A stretch of DNA of 36,007 nucleotides from NCBI GenBank assembly GCA_034660795.1, contig JAYEJY010000290.1, forward strand, positions 1-36,007. The letters run 5' to 3'. Within the stretch, counting starts at the first letter, position 1. Each line of letters begins with the position of its first letter. This document shows, piece after piece, positions 25,383 through 33,436 of this stretch. The notes under the pieces are model-generated. The model was not told the origin of the DNA, ran no database searches, and saw only the letters and a list, made by a program, of their open reading frames with translations. The DNA comes from Promethearchaeati archaeon (GTDB lineage Archaea; Asgardarchaeota; Heimdallarchaeia; JABLTI01). A program made the position numbers and the translations under genes.

Positions 25383-25997
25383 ATGAAAATAGTAGTATTA
25401 TTCGCACATCCAAACGAAAATAGCTATGGAGCAGCACTGAAAAAAGCATTCATACAAGGAGCACAAAAAGCAAACCACGAAATAAAACAACAAGCGTTAT
25501 ACCAGGAAGCGTTTAACCCGGTAATGTCAAAAAAAGAATTATTAGGGAAGAAAAGACCATCAGCTGATCCGCAAGTGAGACAATACCAAGAAGAACTCCT
25601 GTGGGGAGACATAGTGGTAATAATACATCCAGCATGGTGGTACGGAGCACCAGCAATACTAAAAGGATATCTGGACAGGGTGCTGGAAAAAGGAAAACTC
25701 TATGAATACAAAAAGGAAAAAGCAGTAGGAAAAATAGAGAATACAAGAGGAGTACTAATACAAACATTCGATTGTAAAGAAGAAGATGAAAAGGAAAAAT
25801 TCAACTATGTAACAGCAAGAGGGATAATAGCAGGATTCAAATACTGCGGCATAAAAAAATGGCTCTACAAACCATACTTCAGGATAATGAACACAACAAA
25901 AAAACAAAGAGAAAAATGGTTAAAAGAAATAGAAACAGTGGGAGAAGAAATAGAAGAGAAAATAAAAAAACCAAACTGGAAAAAATACAAAAAATAA
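25383..25997 (+). CDS. Flavodoxin-like fold NAD(P)H dehydrogenase (quinone) family protein
   Basis: MKIVVLFAHPNENSYGAALKKAF...GDIVVIIHPAWWYGAPAILKGYLDRVL is the Flavodoxin_2 (NQO/KefF-like) signature. The start is placed at ATG 25383 behind AAGGTGG; the track ORF starts at an upstream non-ATG codon in an A-rich leader. K/E-rich C-terminal tail. Confidence 0.75.
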   Translation: MKIVVLFAHPNENSYGAALKKAFIQGAQKANHEIKQQALYQEAFNPVMSKKELLGKKRPSADPQVRQYQEELLWGDIVVIIHPAWWYGAPAILKGYLDRVLEKGKLYEYKKEKAVGKIENTRGVLIQTFDCKEEDEKEKFNYVTARGIIAGFKYCGIKKWLYKPYFRIMNTTKKQREKWLKEIETVGEEIEEKIKKPNWKKYKK

Positions 25998-26020
25998 CAA
26001 AGGAGGGAAGAAAAAAAACA

Positions 26021-26866
26021 ATGCCAACAAAAAAATTTGAGAAAAAATATGAGGAAATAAAAAAAGACAATACCCACGGAGCAGGATATTTAGTGGAGAA
26101 AACTCTACAGGCATTAAAAGAAGAAAATGAACGAAAAAAGCTAACAAAAAAAGAATGGGAAAAACTATTGGGAAAATTCGAAAAAATACACCAGGGAATA
26201 ACAGCATTACAAACAATAATAACGAAAATAAAAAAAGAAACAGAGCAACAAAAAGAAGTAACTAAAAAAACAATAAAAGAAAGCATAGAAAAAGCGGAGA
26301 AAGAAATAAGAAAAAAAAAGAAAAAAACAATAGAAAAAACAGCAGAGGAAATAAGCAAACAGAAAAAAATAATGACACTGTCAGCAAGCACAACAATCTA
26401 TAAAGCACTAGAAAAAATACCGGAAAAAGAACGAGAAAACATAACAATATACATGCTAGAATCAAGACCAATGTTCGAGGGAAAAACACAAGCAGAAAAA
26501 ATAGCGGGATTAGGATACAAAACAAGACTAATAGCAGACGCAGCAATGGGATACTTTGCAAACGAAGTACATGCAATGATAGTAGGAGCAGATACACTAT
26601 ATACCGACGGAGCAATAGTAAACAAAATAGGATCATTGCCATTAGCGTTAGTAGCAAAATATTACGAAAAACCATACATAGTAGCAACAACAACACTAAA
26701 AGAAAAAGAAAAAACAGAGAAAAAACCAAGAAAAGAAATAAGGGAAAAACCTCCGGAAGAAATACTAAAAGAAACAAAAAAAGACCAATTAGAAGCAAGA
26801 AACATCTATTTCGACTATATACCAAAAGAATTAATTACCAAAATAATAACAGAGAAAAAACGATAA
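26021..26866 (+). CDS. eIF-2B alpha/beta/delta family protein (aIF-2B-like), K/E-rich
   Basis: DNTHGAGYLVEKTLQAL ... IMTLSASTTIYKAL ... ITIYMLESRPMFEGKTQAEKIAGLGYKTRLIADAAMGYF...VHAMIVGADTLYTDGAIVNKIGSLPLALVAKYYEKPYIVA...NIYFDYIPKELITKIITE. ATG 26021 is preceded by AGGAGGG; the track ORF's upstream extension overlaps the previous gene. Confidence 0.75.
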   Translation: MPTKKFEKKYEEIKKDNTHGAGYLVEKTLQALKEENERKKLTKKEWEKLLGKFEKIHQGITALQTIITKIKKETEQQKEVTKKTIKESIEKAEKEIRKKKKKTIEKTAEEISKQKKIMTLSASTTIYKALEKIPEKERENITIYMLESRPMFEGKTQAEKIAGLGYKTRLIADAAMGYFANEVHAMIVGADTLYTDGAIVNKIGSLPLALVAKYYEKPYIVATTTLKEKEKTEKKPRKEIREKPPEEILKETKKDQLEARNIYFDYIPKELITKIITEKKR

Positions 26867-27125
26867 GACAACAAAGATTTCTAGGAAATGAACAACAACA
26901 AAATAGAAAATCTATGCGATTCCGAAAACCCTTCAAAGAACAATACCCGTTAAACCCTGAAATGAATAAATCCCCAGAATAAAAAGGAGATAATAATTTA
27001 TAAATATTCTTAAAAAAAATTAGTGATTATAATAAATGAGAAAAATAATTCAATCTTAAGTAAAAAAATAATGAAGCTAAACCTTATAAACGAAAAACGA
27101 AAGAAATCTGTTAGAAGTAAAAGAT

Positions 27126-27235
27126 AGCGTGGTGGGGAAGCTAGGTTGTTCCCACTGGGCTCATAACCCAGTGATCAGTGGTTCAAGATATACAAGTTGT
27201 GGCTTGTATATGAATAAATCCACTCCACGCTACCA
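27126..27235 (+). tRNA. Initiator tRNA-Met (CAT) with a 31-nt intron in the T-loop, CCA encoded
   Basis: Acceptor AGCGTGG/CCACGCT (A1:T72), then A + CCA. D-stem GGGA/TCCC. Anticodon stem CTGGG/CCCAG (three G:C pairs next to the loop), loop CTCATAA. T-stem AGTGG (27177..27181)/CCACT (27220..27224). Only TTCAA...AT can form the 7-nt T-loop, so the intron is ~27187..27217, with a perfect 9-bp helix ATATACAAG/CTTGTATAT. A T-run follows the gene. Confidence 0.85.
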
Positions 27236-27431
27236 TTTTTCTTTACTTATGTTTCTTTTAACTGATGACCTTTTTTTCTGTTTTTTCTGTTACTCTTTTT
27301 TCTCCATTCTTTATCCCTTTTTTTTCGGTGTTTTTATAGAGGTGTTTCGTACTAGTATTGTTGGTGTTATGAGTGTTGGTTACGGTTTTTGTGTTGGAAG
27401 AGGCAAGAGTCTCCTCAGGTGGTGATGGCTA

Positions 27432-28095
27432 ATGGATGAAGATTGGCAATTCTTTGACGTTGTTTATTTTCACGATGATGAGGAGCATATGGTAACAGGC
27501 ACAATCTATAATGGGAAACTCTCTCGGCGGTTATGAGGCGATTGATTTAACTCCGCTCAAGAATTTCCCGCAGCTCAAGGAGTTGGACCTTTCCTTTGGT
27601 TCTCTTTCTTCTCTTGACCTCACACCCCTCACCCACTGCCCTAATCTTGAGGTCTTGAATTTATACAATAACTGGTTCCGGCGCATTGATCTTCCCCCCT
27701 TAGCGCCCTGTTCTTCTCTTAAGCGTTTCACCCTTGACGATGCCATTCTCCTTTTCTGGTCTTCCGACCGCTCTTTTCAGGAGTCGAAAAAATCCAGTAT
27801 TCTTAATCGTTACCAATCCAGGATACAAAAAAAGGAAGAACACTAAAAACAACTTTTTGGATATAAACAGCTAATATAACGGAAAGTTGTGGGTATACGC
27901 TAAAGCCCTTATTATTTCTAACATCTAGCTATACTCCATTGACTTTTTCTTCTTACAAGGTCAGTATGTTTACGGTCTATCTGTTTGTCTGGTCCTATTT
28001 TAGCCTTGATTGATTTGTCAGCTCTCCGTGCTTCTCCTCACCTAGATATTCTCTACCTTTTTGGACTGCTTCTCATATATGTGTTAAAGAGTTAA
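27432..28095 (+). pseudogene. Decayed leucine-rich-repeat (LRR) protein gene fragments
   Basis: The largest piece, 27511..27846, encodes clear LRRs (LTPLKNFPQLKELDLSFGSLSSLDLTPLTHCPNLEVLNLYNNWFRRIDLPPLAPCSSLKRFTL). A 34-codon ATG ORF from 27432 sits in another frame. A further LRR-like stretch (ILALIDLSALRASPHLDILYL, open from 27943 to the stop at 28093..28095) is in the same frame as 27511 but behind five stops. It is visibly richer in G+C than its surroundings. Confidence 0.4.
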
Positions 28096-28164
28096 CCTTA
28101 AAAAACGCTATTAGCAATTACTCCTTGAGAAGGATGACGAAGTTCTTCTTTTTTATCCTTCTCA

Positions 28165-28235
28165 AAACCTCTCTCCCCCTATATAAACTCCCTTTTCCCG
28201 TGATGGGGGCGGCAAGCCCTCATCCGGTTAATTCT
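28165..28235 (+). repeat. Copy B of the ~72-nt conserved intergenic element
   Basis: AAACCTCTCTCCCC-CTATATAAA-CTCCCTTTTCC-C-GTGATGGGGGC-GGCAA-GCCCTCATCC-GGTTAATTCT. The hairpin is GATGGGGGC (28202..28210)/GCCCTCATC (28216..28224). Its T:A pair corresponds to a C:G pair in copy A, which is a compensatory change. Confidence 0.6.
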
Positions 28236-28424
28236 CAAATACCTCTACCAGTAACTGGTATTATTCTGGATAGTTTTTTTTTATTTTCTGAAAAAATTTG
28301 TTGTTTTTTAACCCTTCTTTTTCCCGGAATCCTTCGGAGTTTTGGTCTTTTTGTTTTCTTTTTTCTCTAAGCTCTTTTTTTGATAAAAAAGAAAACGGTG
28401 TTTATTGGATTTGTTAATTGACAT

Positions 28425-29816
28425 TTATTTACTACCTTTAGTTGCTCGTTTCTTTAGTAGAATTATTGTTATTGGAACACCTATTAATAGTACTAAACCA
28501 ACACCGCCGATGATGCTATATCTCACCACAAGGTCGCTGCAAATATTTCCTTGAAAGTTGTTTCCTTGGCAATTTTCCTCATTTATACAGCCTTCATTAT
28601 TAAACATCAGTTTGTTCTCTGTTATCGTATTATTATCGCTACTACTAAGATGTATGCCATATCCTCCATTTCTTTTGATAACATTTTGTGATATTTCATT
28701 TTCTGTGCTATTATAGAGGAACATCCCGGTTTCTTTACAAGAAGTGATCTGGTTATTTGTTATTGTACTATTTGTACAGCCAGTTAAGGATACACCTTTT
28801 GTTTCACTAGTTATGACATTATTCTCTCTTATTTCTGCATAGGTACAATTCATCGCTAAAATTCCCTCTTCTTGAGTATCTTCTATTGTGTTCCCTACTA
28901 CCACACTCCCGTTTCCGTCAGATACCAGTATTCCTCTTTCTCCAAGTTCTCTTAATTGGTTATCTGTTATATTGTATCCTGCGCCACTTGTTATAATTCC
29001 TGTTCCTTCATTTTGTGCTAAGTTATTTTCAAGGATGGTGTTATCGTGGCTATGGTCCGATAAAATTCCGATATATAAATGGTTATGGATGGTGTTATTT
29101 AGTATATAGGAATAATTAGTTTGTGCAAAATGAACTCCTCTATAATTCCTTTGGATATTGTTTTCTATGACTATGCCAAAATTACAGCTTAATATGTTTA
29201 CCCCTGTTCCCCGGGCTCCGATGTCATATGTTTTATTAGCATCGTTTTTATAGATGTCATTTTGAAAAATGATGATACCATCAGTTCTTTCTACAAATAT
29301 GCCATTTTGGCTATTATTGTAAATACTGTTTCTAGTTATGAGAATGTTTTCCCCGTTTTGCACGCAAATCCCAAATCGATTATTGAACGAACAAGTATTA
29401 TTCAATATTACTCCATTACTTGCATCAACAATTTTTATTCCTGCATCTGCCCATGATGTATTAGCATTATAGACATGACAATTCTGTATCACAAACGAAG
29501 CAGCTGAATTTTCAATTAAAATTCCGCTTCCAGTTGATGAATTTGTGGCATCGATTTCATGATTTGCTATTAAGTAGGGATTATTTTCTGTTCCTTCGCC
29601 GGTACATAATCCCTGGAGTTTAGCTTCCGACCAGTTACTTCCTGTAATGTATATTTGAGATAGGAGGGTATTTGCTTTTCCTCTCTTTGTTTTCTTTTCT
29701 ATTCCTTTCCTTTCTAAGACTTCTCCCTCGATTACACTATTAGTGCTTGTTCTAACTAGTAATATTATGATCACCAATATGCTCAATGACACCAGATTTT
29801 TCTTTTGGGAAATCAT
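28425..29816 (-). CDS. Right-handed parallel beta-helix repeat (PbH1/NosD-like) surface protein
   Basis: 463 aa with an N-terminal signal/anchor (LVSLSILVIIILLV). There are many ~22-aa repeats of the type N.I..N...GI.l..s.n..i..N (e.g. ILNNTCSFNNRFGICVQNGENILITRNSIYNNSQNGIFV). C-terminal TM helix + KKRATKGSK. Many N-x-S/T sequons. Confidence 0.8.
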   Translation of the reverse strand: MISQKKNLVSLSILVIIILLVRTSTNSVIEGEVLERKGIEKKTKRGKANTLLSQIYITGSNWSEAKLQGLCTGEGTENNPYLIANHEIDATNSSTGSGILIENSAASFVIQNCHVYNANTSWADAGIKIVDASNGVILNNTCSFNNRFGICVQNGENILITRNSIYNNSQNGIFVERTDGIIIFQNDIYKNDANKTYDIGARGTGVNILSCNFGIVIENNIQRNYRGVHFAQTNYSYILNNTIHNHLYIGILSDHSHDNTILENNLAQNEGTGIITSGAGYNITDNQLRELGERGILVSDGNGSVVVGNTIEDTQEEGILAMNCTYAEIRENNVITSETKGVSLTGCTNSTITNNQITSCKETGMFLYNSTENEISQNVIKRNGGYGIHLSSSDNNTITENKLMFNNEGCINEENCQGNNFQGNICSDLVVRYSIIGGVGLVLLIGVPITIILLKKRATKGSK

Positions 29817-29999
29817 ACCTTAAGTTAATCGTTTCGTAAATTTTTAATGTTTCGTGGAAATATGATTTCTAAGACCCTTTTCTTTAAACATATTCTGTTT
29901 TTTTATTCTCACCGAATCATTTTAAAACAATTTTTATCTATTAGCTTCTTGAATCTACAATTATGTTGAAATTATTATTGATTTTTAAGTTGATGATCT

Positions 30000-31187
30000 A
30001 TGACTAAAGATAGACACACTCCTTTATATGATTGGCATAAAAAGCATGGCAGTATGGCTTCTTTTGGTGGCTGGTCTTTACCAATGCATTTCTCCACTAT
30101 TAAGGAAGAACATTTAGCTGTGCGTAATAATGCCGGGATTTTTGATGTAAGCCACATGGGTCGTTTCCGATTTACAGGGAAAGACACCTTTCCGATATTG
30201 AACGAGTTATTACCACGTAATCTTATGAAACTTGCTGACGGTCGTTGTGGGTATAGTTATCTCCTCAACAATGAAGGCGGAATGATTGATGATGGCGTTA
30301 CCATGCGGAAAAGCTCTGAACATGCAATTTATGTTTGTAATGCGGGTCCTCGTCTCAAATGTTGGAATTGGATGGTTGGGTATATAGACGAACAAAAACA
30401 GAAGCGAAAGGATTTAGATATTGCTTATTATGATTTCACTCTTGAGTCTTCTATGTTTGCTCTTCAGGGTCCCAAGGCTCATGATATTATGAAAGAAATG
30501 ACTGATGTTGAAATTCCTCGTGGCTGGGGCTTTTTTGAACCTGAATTAGCAGGCTTACCTGTTATCGCTTCTGGTACGGGTTATACCGGTGAAAAGGGTT
30601 TTGAAATTACGCTTATTGCCACTAAAGATGATATAGCTGACAAGGCGACAAAATTATGGAAGGCTATTCTTGATGTTGGGGAGCAATATGATTTGCTTCC
30701 TTGTGGTCTTGGTGCTCGTGATACTCTTCGTTTAGAAGCAGGTCTTCCGTTATCTGGGCAAGATTTCACTGAAAAAACAGATCCTTTCGAGATGGGTCTT
30801 GGTCTTGAACCAATTTTTATCGATATGCATAAGGATTTCTTTATTGGTCAAGAAGCCTTATTGGAAAAATATCCTTCTGAAAATAAAGATGGTAAACGGA
30901 CATTAAAAGAATTAACTCGCAAACGCGTTGGAATTGAACTTCAAGATCGTGGTATACCTCGTCATGGATATGCAATTCAGAAAGATGGTGAAAAAATTAG
31001 CGAAATCTCAAGTGGTACACTATCACCCTTAACTGGTAAGGGTATTGCTATGGCCCTCTTACCTATTGAGTATACTGATGTGGGAACAGATATTTCTGTG
31101 GTGATTCGTGGTAAAAATGTTCCTGCAAAAGTTGTTAATTATCCCTTTTTCGATATTGATAAATATGGTCGAAATCGTAAAGAGTAG
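30000..31187 (+). CDS. gcvT: Glycine cleavage system T protein (aminomethyltransferase)
   Basis: HTPLYDWHKKHGSMASFGGWSLPMHFSTIKEEHLAVRNNAGIFDVSHMGRFRFTGKD, later GYTGEKGFEI and GLGARDTLRLEAGLPLSGQD. Confidence 0.9.
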   Translation: MTKDRHTPLYDWHKKHGSMASFGGWSLPMHFSTIKEEHLAVRNNAGIFDVSHMGRFRFTGKDTFPILNELLPRNLMKLADGRCGYSYLLNNEGGMIDDGVTMRKSSEHAIYVCNAGPRLKCWNWMVGYIDEQKQKRKDLDIAYYDFTLESSMFALQGPKAHDIMKEMTDVEIPRGWGFFEPELAGLPVIASGTGYTGEKGFEITLIATKDDIADKATKLWKAILDVGEQYDLLPCGLGARDTLRLEAGLPLSGQDFTEKTDPFEMGLGLEPIFIDMHKDFFIGQEALLEKYPSENKDGKRTLKELTRKRVGIELQDRGIPRHGYAIQKDGEKISEISSGTLSPLTGKGIAMALLPIEYTDVGTDISVVIRGKNVPAKVVNYPFFDIDKYGRNRKE

Positions 31188-31211
31188 TTTCTTTTCCTCC
31201 TTTTTGGAGGA

Positions 31212-32108
31212 TTATTTCTTTTCTTTTTGTAAGAGATTTTCAATCATTGATTCTAATTCTTCTTCTTCTTTCGCTTTCAGTTCTGCAATTTGCTTTTGTG
31301 TTAATGCTTTGAATTCGTTAAGTCGTTCTTTTGATAATAGCATTTTTGGTTTTTCTTTTCTAAGTTTTTTCAGCATATCTTTTAATGAATGTTGTACTGC
31401 TTCCTTTTGTTTTTTCTTCATTTTTTCGATTTCTTTTTTCTGATCTTCTGTTTCTTTCTTCAGATTCTTAATTTTCCCTTCTAAGTAAAACACTTGATTT
31501 ATTGATTGCTCTATCAAGGCTCGTAAGTCAAAGAGAATGAATTTGGACATTAATTCATTGATCGGTTTTTCTATGGAATCATTTTCTACATCTTCTAGTA
31601 AACCACTAAAAACTTCCTTTAATGATGGTTCTTCCTCATGTAATTGGTTCTTTAATTCATTTAAATCAAAGCTTTGTGGTGGTTGGGCTTGTCGTGCTGC
31701 AATTTCTTCTGCTGAATCAAGCTCTAATCCCATTTCCAATTTCTCCATTTCAAGATCAATAATATCTTTCCCTTCTTGTTTGAGTTTTTCATCCAATTGA
31801 CTCATTTTTTCTAACCAAAGCATTTTGCCATCTAATAATACAAGTCTTTTCTTGACTTCTTCCATAGTTAATTTTGATAATTCTTTGAGAAAAAGGTTCA
31901 TTTCATCAAAGAGTAAATTGTATACATTTGCTTTAATAAGGTCTTGTTCTTCGCTCTCTTTTTCCATTGATTTTTCACTTTTCTGTTTTTTCTTATCTTT
32001 TCTCAACCAACTGAATAACCCCTTTCTCTTTGGTTTAGGGTCTGGTGAAGAATCATCAGGTAGGTTTTCGTTTGTTTTTGCTGACTGCTTTTTTTTCTTC
32101 TTCCCCAT
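31212..32108 (-). CDS. Hypothetical K/E-rich coiled-coil protein
   Basis: 298 aa with a basic N-terminus (MGKKKKKQSAK...) and long heptad-like charged helices at both ends. No family recognised. Confidence 0.55.
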   Translation of the reverse strand: MGKKKKKQSAKTNENLPDDSSPDPKPKRKGLFSWLRKDKKKQKSEKSMEKESEEQDLIKANVYNLLFDEMNLFLKELSKLTMEEVKKRLVLLDGKMLWLEKMSQLDEKLKQEGKDIIDLEMEKLEMGLELDSAEEIAARQAQPPQSFDLNELKNQLHEEEPSLKEVFSGLLEDVENDSIEKPINELMSKFILFDLRALIEQSINQVFYLEGKIKNLKKETEDQKKEIEKMKKKQKEAVQHSLKDMLKKLRKEKPKMLLSKERLNEFKALTQKQIAELKAKEEEELESMIENLLQKEKK

Positions 32109-32293
32109 AAGAAATCACATGTTTTTTTCACTCTTTGCTACGTAATTGAGTATAAGTAAAAATAACCTTAAATACTTACTGAAAACTTAATGTATATTTA
32201 GAAGAAGTTTTTTAAATGGCAGAATGATTTAAAAAATGTTAAAAATCATCGAATCACTAGCAGTTATCTTTAAAAACAACAGGAGATGCTTGG

Positions 32294-33196
32294 ATGGTTA
32301 TATATCAAGTTGATGCATTTACTGAAACACCTTACCATGGAAACCCAACCGTTGTCATCTTAGATGGGCAAAAGTATGATGAAGAAACAAAATTAGCTAT
32401 CGCAAAAGAGATGAACCTTGCAATAACTACCTTTGTATTAGACTCTACGAAAGCGGATTATAAACTGGCTTTCTTCACACCAAAAAAAGAAATCGATTTT
32501 AGTGGGCATGCAATTATTGCTGTTTTTTGGTTACTTGCTAAATTGGGTAAAATCAAATCAGAGGAAAACCCGACAAAAAAAACAGTTGAAACCAATAAAG
32601 GGATAGTACCCGTTGAATTGCAATGGAAAAATGAAGCCATAGAAAAAGTATTATTCCAACCTTTTGAACTAGATATCAAAGAAGTTTCCATTGATAAAAA
32701 AACTCTTGCAGATATTCTCGGCATTCGACAAGATAAGATAGAAAATAATGATAAATTACCCTTAGTTATTGCTTCTGTTGGAGTTCCGAAATTACTCGTT
32801 CTTATCTCCAGTAAAGAGATGACTGATGCATTGGTCCCTAATTTTGATAAATTACTTCGTTTTTGTTTTAAGTTAAAGGTATCAGGCGTTCATCTTTATA
32901 CTTTTGATACTTATCTAGAAGGATCCACTTGTTATTCTCGGCAATTTCAACCCCTTTTAGGTGTTAATGAGACGCCTGTTTCTGGACTGGGGAATGCTGC
33001 CTTAGCTGCTTTTTTAGTTAAGAAAGGTTTTGCCCAACCTGGTAGAATTCTTCTCGAGCAAGGAGAATCTCTCTTTAGAGCAGGTTTAGTTGAAGTGTAT
33101 ATCCAAGAGAAGAAAAAAGAGGAGAAAATGAGTATTAAAGTCGCTGGTAAGGCTGTTATTGTTTTCAAGATTAGTTTAGAAAAGGAAATAAGTTAA
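32294..33196 (+). CDS. PhzF-family isomerase-like protein
   Basis: MVIYQVDAFTETPYHGNPTVVIL... and FSGHAIIAV are classic PhzF-family motifs. ~300 aa, two-domain size. AGGAG sits upstream of the ATG. Confidence 0.8.
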   Translation: MVIYQVDAFTETPYHGNPTVVILDGQKYDEETKLAIAKEMNLAITTFVLDSTKADYKLAFFTPKKEIDFSGHAIIAVFWLLAKLGKIKSEENPTKKTVETNKGIVPVELQWKNEAIEKVLFQPFELDIKEVSIDKKTLADILGIRQDKIENNDKLPLVIASVGVPKLLVLISSKEMTDALVPNFDKLLRFCFKLKVSGVHLYTFDTYLEGSTCYSRQFQPLLGVNETPVSGLGNAALAAFLVKKGFAQPGRILLEQGESLFRAGLVEVYIQEKKKEEKMSIKVAGKAVIVFKISLEKEIS

Positions 33197-33436
33197 TGAT
33201 TTACTCGTTCTATTCTAGTACCTTTTAAAAATAATGGAACATGAAAACATTTAAGAATCATTACCGGCGTGAATATCGATAAGACGTGATGTTGAACAAT
33301 AAGAAACTTGTTCAAGATAGCTGAGATGCTGTCTGTTCCTAATTCAGTCACTTTTATCGAAGGATAGCCAAATCCGTTGGTAGATAAAGGGATGGAGCTG
33401 CGATAGGAAACATCAGACTTAAACTGGTGATTATTT

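Noticed and set aside
25859-26825. Cluster of overlapping track ORFs: the 25859 upstream extension of the aIF-2B-like gene, and antisense ORFs 25865..26077, 25879..26391, 25920..26216, 26262..26825, 26398..26625
   Set aside because: The sense strand is extremely A-rich, so the antisense is T-rich and nearly stop-free, giving F/L/S-rich pseudo-proteins. The 25859 extension overlaps the preceding gene and precedes a strong AGGAGGG-ATG start at 26021.
27129-27425. 98-aa + strand ORF from the track
   Set aside because: Its first third overlaps the initiator tRNA gene. The remainder is a T-rich low-complexity stretch (F/L/C-rich translation) with no ribosome-binding motif. It is an artefact of composition.
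27100-27450. Replication origin or terminus at the A-rich to T-rich strand-composition switch
   Set aside because: No Orc1/Cdc6 gene, no recognisable origin-recognition-box repeats and no AT-rich unwinding element flanked by inverted repeats were seen. The embedded rpoP gene shows the bias is gene-specific rather than replication-strand-wide.
12236-28235. The two copies of the 72-nt element as att-type direct repeats bounding a 16-kb integrated element
   Set aside because: The interior consists of core genes (Topo IB, nrd operon, glmS, glyS, rpoP, initiator tRNA). The repeats are only ~3/4 identical and no integrase is present. A dispersed regulatory/RNA element is more plausible.
28125-28370. 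81-aa + strand ORF spanning copy B of the conserved element
   Set aside because: The equivalent frame in copy A hits a stop immediately (GTG ACG GGG GCT TAG). The conserved element therefore is not conserved as coding sequence, and the ORF is F/L-rich low complexity.
29817-29999. Possible glycine riboswitch upstream of gcvT
   Set aside because: The spacer is AT-rich with no conserved tandem-aptamer-like stems. Glycine riboswitches are bacterial, and nothing comparable is visible.
33197-33436. C/D-box sRNA in the spacer upstream of rps15 (GTGATGT ... CTGA)
   Set aside because: Box spacing (28 nt instead of ~12) and the lack of a terminal stem do not fit on either strand.
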